Assembly: GCA_965197905.1 (NCBI GenBank)
Contig: CBDAOB010000004.1
Span: forward strand, 1,120,001-1,184,000
Direction: 5' to 3'
From: Candidatus Latescibacterota bacterium
GTDB lineage: Bacteria; Latescibacterota; UBA2968; UBA8231
Length of the DNA: 64,000 nt
Below the pieces are notes generated by a model. It was not told the DNA's origin. It saw only the letters and a list, made by a program, of their open reading frames with translations, and searched no databases. Below, in pieces: positions 58,009-64,000 of this stretch (the first letter of the stretch is position 1; every line of letters starts with the position of its first letter). The position numbers were made by a program, and so were the translations under genes.

Positions 58009-59126
58009 CAGTAGACTCCCACCACCACCGACTGCTGCAGCTCGGAAAGCAACCGCAGGTTGCAGACCCCGTCCCACGGATACTGGACGGTCGGTTCCGC
58101 GCGTTCGGCCTCGTCCCGCTCCAGAAAACGGGGCATGAAGAACTCCTTCGTCAAGGTGGTCAGCATGACCCGACCTGTTCCCCCGTACGGTACCACCTCA
58201 TTCGGTGACTTGGGATCCACCAGCTCGATTACCGCCCGAGGCTGCGGCGGGTAGTAGGTGATCGCGTAGTCGTCTTCCGGATCGAACGGCTTGAAACAGG
58301 CCAATCCCATCAGGGTGTTGCCGTAGGTCGGGACGAAATCGATCCCAGGTACCAGCTCCTCGCGGGCAAATCGATGGAACTGGGCATCCATCTCGGTGCC
58401 GCCGCAGAAAATCCCAGTGATCCCCGCTTTGGCCAGGGAGATCTTCGAGGCCAGTGCTTCCAGCAGTTTTGGGGTGGTGAACAGACAGCGGACGTTATCG
58501 TGAGCCCGCAGTACCGTAAGTGCCTGGTGTACAACGTGATCCTTGTACTCTTCCAGGTCGCGGTGTTTGCCTTGGGACACCATTCGGTTTACCCAGCGGG
58601 GATCCAGGTCGACCATGAAACAGATGCCACCGCGCAGCTGCGCCAGGTGTTCCACTGCCAGACGCAGGCGGCGCGGGCCGCTGGGACCGAGCATCAACCA
58701 GTCGCCGCCAGGAGGGAACCCCTCCGCCGATAGTGACTCGCTGAATTGCTCGTAATCGATCTGGAAATCCCGGACATTGATGCGGTACTTGGGCGTGCCC
58801 GTGGACCCACCGGTTTCGAACACGTACACCGGGTCGTCTTTGTACGCCTTGGGGACCCAACGCCGCACCGGCCCGCCGCGCAGCCACTCATCCTGGAAAT
58901 GGCCCAGCTTGCTCAGGTCGCCGTAAGCCCCGATTTCGGTGAGCGGATCGAAGCCGAGCTCTTCCTTCCGCTGCAGCCAGAAGTCGCAACCGGTCTCGGC
59001 ACTGAAATGCCAGCGTACGATCTCGCGGACATGAGCGTTGAGTTGCTCGCCGGCGGCGTTGACGGCACTGTCCGTGGGTCTTTCAGAATCTACCATGTTC
59101 AAGAGAGTATTGGGGTGTTCGCTCAA
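58008..59126 (-). CDS. EhpF-like truncated ANL adenylating enzyme
   Basis: Motif order matches my recollection of Pantoea EhpF: RWHFS.ETG..FW...E.L.FDP, ETGGSTGTPKY, DLDPRWV, TTP.LL, GGTE, YG.T..G, PRFLERD, C-terminal GVY. Start is 59126 or ATG 59096. Confidence 0.8.
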   Translation of the reverse strand: MSEHPNTLLNMVDSERPTDSAVNAAGEQLNAHVREIVRWHFSAETGCDFWLQRKEELGFDPLTEIGAYGDLSKLGHFQDEWLRGGPVRRWVPKAYKDDPVYVFETGGSTGTPKYRINVRDFQIDYEQFSESLSAEGFPPGGDWLMLGPSGPRRLRLAVEHLAQLRGGICFMVDLDPRWVNRMVSQGKHRDLEEYKDHVVHQALTVLRAHDNVRCLFTTPKLLEALASKISLAKAGITGIFCGGTEMDAQFHRFAREELVPGIDFVPTYGNTLMGLACFKPFDPEDDYAITYYPPQPRAVIELVDPKSPNEVVPYGGTGRVMLTTLTKEFFMPRFLERDEAERAEPTVQYPWDGVCNLRLLSELQQSVVVGVY

Positions 59127-59142
59127 ATCGCGTAGACCGCGA

Positions 59143-60576
59143 TCACTCGCCGGCTATCGCGAACAAGGTGTTGCGGCTGGCAATGTACAAGACCCCGTTT
59201 TTGGCGACGGGTGTGGTGTAGATGGAGCTTCCCATGTTGACTTCGTAAAGCAGCTCCTTCTTCTTGCCGGCGCGGAATACAGCCACGTCCCCGTCTTCGT
59301 CTCCGACGTAGAGCTTGCCGTCGGCCACCAGCACCGAACCCCATATAGCCGCAAAGGTGTCGTAGGTCCAGTACTTCTCGCCGGTGGCGGCGTCTATGCA
59401 GTAGACGAATCCGGTGAGATCGGCGGTGTAGAGCAGTCCATCGCTGACGGCCACGGTCGACATAGTGCGATTGTATTCGTGGCCACCCAGATGCCAAACC
59501 GGCCCGCTCGAAGTAATATCTCCGCTGCCTCGTGCATCGATCGCCCACAGATGTCCGATCCCTTCGCCATGTTCGGGATCCTGTCCAACCCCGACATAAA
59601 CGATGTTGTCGTGAATCACCGGTGTGGAAATGATATTGTTCCGCGTCCCTCGTCCTCCCAACTCCCACCGGCTATCCTTCGGATTGCAGTCGAATTTCCA
59701 GATCAGCTTGCCGGTTTCCGGCTCAAAAGAGTAGATCCATCCGTCCCCGCCGGGAAAGACGACCTGTCCCTTGCCGTCGATCTCCGCGTAGGCCGGATTG
59801 GACCACTGGCCATGGAGAATGCCTTCCCCGGGGTCGGCGTTCTCCCACACCAGTTCGCCAGTATGTTTGTTGACCGCGATGAAGCTGGGCGCAAACGGGG
59901 AGGGAACATGCACGTGTCCCTCATCCACGCCGTTGCTGGTGACGACGAAGATCAGATCGCCGGCGCCGATGGGCGAACAGGTGGCGAGGTTGTGGGGAAA
60001 TACATCCAGCTCGGCGATCATGTCCAGCTTCCAGATCAGATCGGCATCACTGGCCGTAGTGTCCGTCTCATTCTGAATCGCACCATCGTTTTCACCGTCG
60101 AGGAATCCCTCTGTGTCCGCGCTGACGATTTCACATCGGTTGGAGATGTAATAGAGCCGGTCCCCCTCGATATACGGGGTTGAGCAGATTCCCTGCTGGG
60201 GCCAGTCGTTGACCCTGCCAGCGGGTAGTTTGGTGTGACTCGCCTGCCACAGAAAGGCACCGTCGGTTTCGTTGAAGGCGATCAGCACGCCGCGATCTCC
60301 CGTGTCCTTCGGAATACGCAGGGCTCCGTTGTTGGTGCCGACGAAAACCTTGCCGCCGATGATCAGCGGCCCGGCATACGTCTGGGAACCGAGCTCCGCC
60401 TTCCATTTGATGTTCTTACCTGTTTTGGTATCCCACGTTGCCGGCAGGTCCTTCGCCTCTACGACCATGTTTCGACCCGGGGTAAAACCCCACATGGCGG
60501 TTTCGGCGGGCTCGGCTTGCAGCATGCCGGTCATAAAGGTCACGGCGATCAGAGCAGCAAAACGCATCATCTTCAT
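59143..60576 (-). CDS. Exported PQQ-like beta-propeller protein with acidic Ca-loop-like insert
   Basis: Signal peptide, W...GKNIKWKAELGSQTY, DTEGFLDGENDG, HGQWSNP, GQDPEHGEG; ATGA coupling. Confidence 0.85.
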   Translation of the reverse strand: MKMMRFAALIAVTFMTGMLQAEPAETAMWGFTPGRNMVVEAKDLPATWDTKTGKNIKWKAELGSQTYAGPLIIGGKVFVGTNNGALRIPKDTGDRGVLIAFNETDGAFLWQASHTKLPAGRVNDWPQQGICSTPYIEGDRLYYISNRCEIVSADTEGFLDGENDGAIQNETDTTASDADLIWKLDMIAELDVFPHNLATCSPIGAGDLIFVVTSNGVDEGHVHVPSPFAPSFIAVNKHTGELVWENADPGEGILHGQWSNPAYAEIDGKGQVVFPGGDGWIYSFEPETGKLIWKFDCNPKDSRWELGGRGTRNNIISTPVIHDNIVYVGVGQDPEHGEGIGHLWAIDARGSGDITSSGPVWHLGGHEYNRTMSTVAVSDGLLYTADLTGFVYCIDAATGEKYWTYDTFAAIWGSVLVADGKLYVGDEDGDVAVFRAGKKKELLYEVNMGSSIYTTPVAKNGVLYIASRNTLFAIAGE

Positions 60577-62774
60577 TGAGATTCGTTCTCCCACACCCTC
60601 AGGTTGTCGTACTGAATGTCTGCCGCGGAATAGCCATAGATCCCCGGACTTCCCGATCGATTCGGCAACGGGTCCTCCGCGGTCATCGTCCAGGATGCCG
60701 GCTCGGGATCGCCCCTGGGCCAGACCTTTCCCTTCACCAGAGCACGGCTGTCTTCCACGTCGACGCGCATCTTGACGGTGTACCAGACGTTGGGGTCCCA
60801 ACTGAAGTCGATCGTTTTCGCCATGCGCAGATCTGAAGCCCACGAGCGAATCTGGAGACGCTGATGGTTGCCCATCATATCCAGCGTGTAACGCTGATTG
60901 ATGAGCCCCATATCGGGTCGTCGTCGTTTGTTCTTGGTACCCAAAAGGTCAGCCTGGATCGTGTATCCACTCATGGTGGAGGCGCCCAGGTAGACGTTGG
61001 AGCGATGTAACCCCCGTGGCGATGGAGGTTTTACCAGGACGCGGTTGCCATCTTGAGTCGCAACCTTGAACTTGCTGCTGGCAGCCACCCAATAGGGCGG
61101 ATTCTTCCCCACTTCCACGGTCTCGAAATCCTCGGTCCAGGGTAAGTCCGGAAACGCGCGAACGCGGGCGCTCGCCTCCAGACCTTCGTAGGTCGCCTTT
61201 ACCGCACCCGCCTGGCCTCCCGCTTTGCCGTCGAGTTTGAGTCGGCCTTTGTCGTTCTGTGATCCAGCTATGTTTTCGAGACTCCATGCTGCTGGCACGC
61301 TACCCAGAGGATTGCCGGTGGCATCGAAGGCGCGGGCCTCGAAGGTCACCTTCTGTCCCGGGCGGGTTAGCAGCTCCGTGGGCGTCGCCTGCAGATGGGT
61401 AGCGGCCCCGACCACGGGTGGCGGTTGCGCCGCTCCCATTTTCTTCGTGGAAGCAGTCGACTTGCCATCGCCGAGGCAGTAAAGTCCTTCCTCGGTGCTG
61501 AAATAGATCCGTCCGCGGTCAACGGCCGGCGAGCCGTAGATCTCGGCCGGTCGGTCTTCTTCGCCTACCAAAACCCTATCCGCGTCTAGTTTGGTCGCCG
61601 CTGCAGTGCTGACGTCGACGATATGGAATCCCCCATTGACCTCCGTCGCAAAGATCTTTCCGTCGGCCCACACCGGCGAGCCCTTACCTACGGTGCCGAG
61701 GCTGTACTGCCATCGCGAGGCCCCCGTTGCCGCATCGAGACAATGCAGGTTGGCCGAGTTGTCCACCACGAATAGATCACCCCCGTGTACCACTGGCGAA
61801 GTGTAACCGACGGCGCAGCCGTCGTAGCGCCAGACCTCATGTGTAGCGGTGACGTCCCCGGTTCCCGTGCCGTCGATGCAGACGACTCGGCCCATCTCCG
61901 TACTGTCCAGATTCTCCTCGCTGTGAGCAGCATAGACCAGATTGCCCTCCACCACCACCGACGAATTGATACCCCGCTGGCTGAGCTTGAACCCCCAAAC
62001 CTTTTCGCCGGTAAGCGCTTTCATGGCATAGATGCCGCCGTCGGCGTTTCCGGCAATGAGCAACTCCTGACCATTGATATTGGCTAACACCGGCACCGAG
62101 TAGGTAGTGTCGAGAGGTCGACCGCCCGGTGTAGAGATCCACACAACGTCGCCTGTCCTCTTGTCAAAGGCGAAATAACGATGACGCGGGACGGTGTGCG
62201 CACCCCAGCTGACATTGAGGAAGCTTATGATTACGAGATTGTCCACCACCACCGGAGTATGGACGCGGCCGCCGTATCCGGAGATGCGACCGTACTCCTC
62301 GGTCAGCGAGCGCGACCATACGATGCCACCGTCGCGGTCGAAGCAGAAGAACAGCCCCTGTACCCCGTGGGCGTAGATGTAGCCGGTTTCCGGATCGCCC
62401 GCCGGGCTCGCCCAACCGACCCTGTTAAAGGGAATCGTGGTGTGAAACAGGTTGAAACGGTGTTCCCAGATCAGTTCACCAGTCTCGGCATCGAAACCGG
62501 CGACGCGTTCCTGTTCGGTGATGTCTCGTCCGACCCGTCCCATGACATAAACCCGCCCATCCAAAACAACAGGGGTGGAACGCCCCGTAAAATCGGCCCG
62601 CCAGAGCAGATTCTTGCCTTCCGGGGACCACTCTGAGATGAGCCCGGTATCCTGGCCGACGCCATTTTGGGACGGTCCACGCCAGCTGGGCCAATCTCCG
62701 CCAGCCGAAGTGACCAGGAAAACGCAGAGAAAGGGGACGGTTCTTAGTACCCTTCCGTACGATGACTGAATCAT
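60573..62774 (-). CDS. Large exported PQQ-like beta-propeller protein with extra C-terminal beta-sandwich domains
   Basis: Signal peptide, DWPSWRGP, propeller blades, then an Ig-like segment and a ConA/DUF1080-like end (YTIQAD...WYTVKMRV...GKVWPRG..EP..W...GSPGIYG...YDNL). Confidence 0.85.
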   Translation of the reverse strand: MIQSSYGRVLRTVPFLCVFLVTSAGGDWPSWRGPSQNGVGQDTGLISEWSPEGKNLLWRADFTGRSTPVVLDGRVYVMGRVGRDITEQERVAGFDAETGELIWEHRFNLFHTTIPFNRVGWASPAGDPETGYIYAHGVQGLFFCFDRDGGIVWSRSLTEEYGRISGYGGRVHTPVVVDNLVIISFLNVSWGAHTVPRHRYFAFDKRTGDVVWISTPGGRPLDTTYSVPVLANINGQELLIAGNADGGIYAMKALTGEKVWGFKLSQRGINSSVVVEGNLVYAAHSEENLDSTEMGRVVCIDGTGTGDVTATHEVWRYDGCAVGYTSPVVHGGDLFVVDNSANLHCLDAATGASRWQYSLGTVGKGSPVWADGKIFATEVNGGFHIVDVSTAAATKLDADRVLVGEEDRPAEIYGSPAVDRGRIYFSTEEGLYCLGDGKSTASTKKMGAAQPPPVVGAATHLQATPTELLTRPGQKVTFEARAFDATGNPLGSVPAAWSLENIAGSQNDKGRLKLDGKAGGQAGAVKATYEGLEASARVRAFPDLPWTEDFETVEVGKNPPYWVAASSKFKVATQDGNRVLVKPPSPRGLHRSNVYLGASTMSGYTIQADLLGTKNKRRRPDMGLINQRYTLDMMGNHQRLQIRSWASDLRMAKTIDFSWDPNVWYTVKMRVDVEDSRALVKGKVWPRGDPEPASWTMTAEDPLPNRSGSPGIYGYSAADIQYDNLRVWENESQ

Positions 62775-62815
62775 TCGCCACAGTCCTTGCAAACTCGCCA
62801 AGTGTGTATGGTTAG

Positions 62816-62844
62816 AGTGTACAGGATGATACACCTCGCATCAA
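62816..62844 (-). promoter_or_regulatory. Putative sigma70-type promoter for the propeller/EhpF operon
   Basis: The minus strand reads TTGATG, 17-bp spacer, TACACT, about 40 nt upstream of ATG 62774. Confidence 0.55.
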
Positions 62845-62901
62845 CTCGCGGGGCCTAAATCTGGTTGTGGGCGAGGTAGTGTAGGAAGCCGGGCGTCGAC
62901 G

Positions 62902-63777
62902 TCAGCCTTTGAATTGAAACGGCTCGACCCCTCGAACCCCGGGCCGGGTGACAAACAGGCCGCCGGCGTGGGGTTCGCGGTCCCAATCGGCGGCGGTCAT
63001 GCCGGAGCTGGCGCAGGTGATGTAGAGGCTGTCGAGCTCCTGTCCAGCGAACGCACAAGCGGTCACCTTCGACACTGGCAGATCGATCTGCTGCATGACG
63101 CGCCCAGCCTGCGGATCCCAACGGCACACTCTGGAACCGCCGTAGTGAGCGATCCAGAGCATGTCCTCGGCGTCGATAACCATGCCGTCGGGCATACCGG
63201 TCTCTTGCGGAATCTCGAACAGGATCCTCTCGTTGTGGACGTCACCCGTGTCCATATCGAACTCGTACACCCGCACATCGAACCTGGGAGAATCGATGTA
63301 ATACATCGTTCGATGATCTAGACTCCAGCAGATTCCATTGGAGATGCTTATATCGGAAAACACCTTGTGGACGCTGAGGTCGGTATCCATTCGGTACAAC
63401 CCGCCTGCTCCAGGTACGGGGGTGATAGCCATGGTGCCAGCCCAGAATCGTCCAGCCGGATCGCATTTTCCTTCGTTGAACCGGTTTTCGGGTAGATCTG
63501 CTTCGGGGTCGGCGATCGGCTCAAAGGTTCTGGATTCCAGATCGTACGCGGCGAATCCATGGTGCATCGCCAGCATCAATCCACCGGAGGCGCGCTGGAC
63601 CACCGTTCCCACCGGTTGCCCGACATCGTGTTCCACATCGGCGCCGGTTGCAGGATCGTAGACATGCAACGTGTTGCCCATGATGTCGACCCAGTAGAGC
63701 ACCTTGTTCTCACCATCCCAGATGGGACCTTCGCCGACCACCGCGTGGGCGTCAACCACGAGCTCTACCTCGTTCAC
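62902..63777 (-). CDS. SMP-30/gluconolactonase family protein
   Basis: GEGPIWD, RFNEGKCDPAGRFWAGTM, SNGICWS, PDGMVIDAE, TACAFAG; AAGGAG SD before GTG 63777. Confidence 0.93.
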   Translation of the reverse strand: MNEVELVVDAHAVVGEGPIWDGENKVLYWVDIMGNTLHVYDPATGADVEHDVGQPVGTVVQRASGGLMLAMHHGFAAYDLESRTFEPIADPEADLPENRFNEGKCDPAGRFWAGTMAITPVPGAGGLYRMDTDLSVHKVFSDISISNGICWSLDHRTMYYIDSPRFDVRVYEFDMDTGDVHNERILFEIPQETGMPDGMVIDAEDMLWIAHYGGSRVCRWDPQAGRVMQQIDLPVSKVTACAFAGQELDSLYITCASSGMTAADWDREPHAGGLFVTRPGVRGVEPFQFKG

Positions 63778-63830
63778 GGTTGGTTCTCCTTGTTTGATTC
63801 GTGTTGCAGAGCGAGTCCGCTCCCGCGTCA

Positions 63831-64000
63831 TCACTGAACGGTGCGACCGTAGGACGGGAATCCTACGTAGCTTCGAATGACGAATGCCATCCGATCGAAT
63901 TCGCTGTTCCGCAGCAGCGGCTCGTCGAACTTCAGGTGATCCTTATAGATGCCCATGATCGTGTTGAGCTCGTAGCCGAAATAGGAAGAGACGTTGACCA
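63831..64000 (-). CDS. C-terminal fragment of an unidentified protein
   Basis: Open frame ...VNVSSYFGYELNTIMGIYKDHLKFDEPLLRNSEFDRMAFVIRSYVGFPSYGRTVQ* running off the window edge. Confidence 0.55.
   Translation of the reverse strand, partial: VNVSSYFGYELNTIMGIYKDHLKFDEPLLRNSEFDRMAFVIRSYVGFPSYGRTVQ

Noticed and set aside
55455..59126. Bioluminescence (lux) or complete phenazine operon
   Set aside because: There are no luxAB/luxD or phz core genes in the window; only the activation/reduction module is present.
41232..60843. Extended ORF-track starts (42755, 44044, 44310, 47005, 55851, 56660, 58077, 60843)
   Set aside because: They run deep into upstream genes. Stop/start overlaps, SD sites and signal peptides support the shorter starts given.
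51683..62774. Calling the propellers BamB or methanol/alcohol dehydrogenases
   Set aside because: There is no lipobox, no bam/der context, no vicinal disulfide or recognisable quinoprotein catalytic motifs, and no pqq genes in the window.
1..64000. tRNA, rRNA, IS elements, prophage or riboswitches
   Set aside because: I recognised none by eye in genes or spacers. A covariance-model scan would be needed to exclude small RNAs.

Overview
GC-rich diderm bacterial window. Gene content and order (LptD, Skp, PorZ-like protein, DUF4159/DUF4175, several PQQ-like propellers) suggest an FCB-group lineage such as Latescibacterota/Gemmatimonadota; this is inference only. 1-35.4 kb is mostly + strand housekeeping. 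It holds a pseudouridine synthase, cmk, rpsA, mutS, an orphan FliG-N-like gene, a TrmH methylase, LptD-like, dtd, maf, RodZ-like and priA. Next come a PorZ-like/DUF4159/DUF4175/TPR/GATase-like/MoxR/DUF58 envelope block and sufBCDSUT with an Rrf2 regulator and a palindromic operator. It ends with an extremely basic histone-H1-like protein, nadE (- strand) and skp. 35.4-64 kb is mostly - strand. Its highlight is a two-part, translationally coupled cluster of uncharacterised small-molecule or cofactor chemistry. Part A (51.7-62.8 kb) encodes four exported PQQ-like beta-propellers, an EhpF-like adenylating enzyme, an EhpG-like aldehyde dehydrogenase-fold enzyme, an Fe-ADH and a HemN-like radical SAM enzyme. 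Part B (36.2-49.2 kb) encodes a TonB-dependent receptor, PaaK-like ligase, flavin-dependent halogenase-like enzyme, Na+:solute symporter, CxxC-bearing GT4, DMT-like protein, thioesterase and a LolD/FtsX-type ABC system. A long-form GAPDH and a lipoprotein gene separate the two parts. A frameshifted double-receiver gene and an internally deleted aldo-keto reductase are also present. I saw no rRNA, tRNA, CRISPR array or transposase. All family calls come from motif recognition and recall, not database searches.
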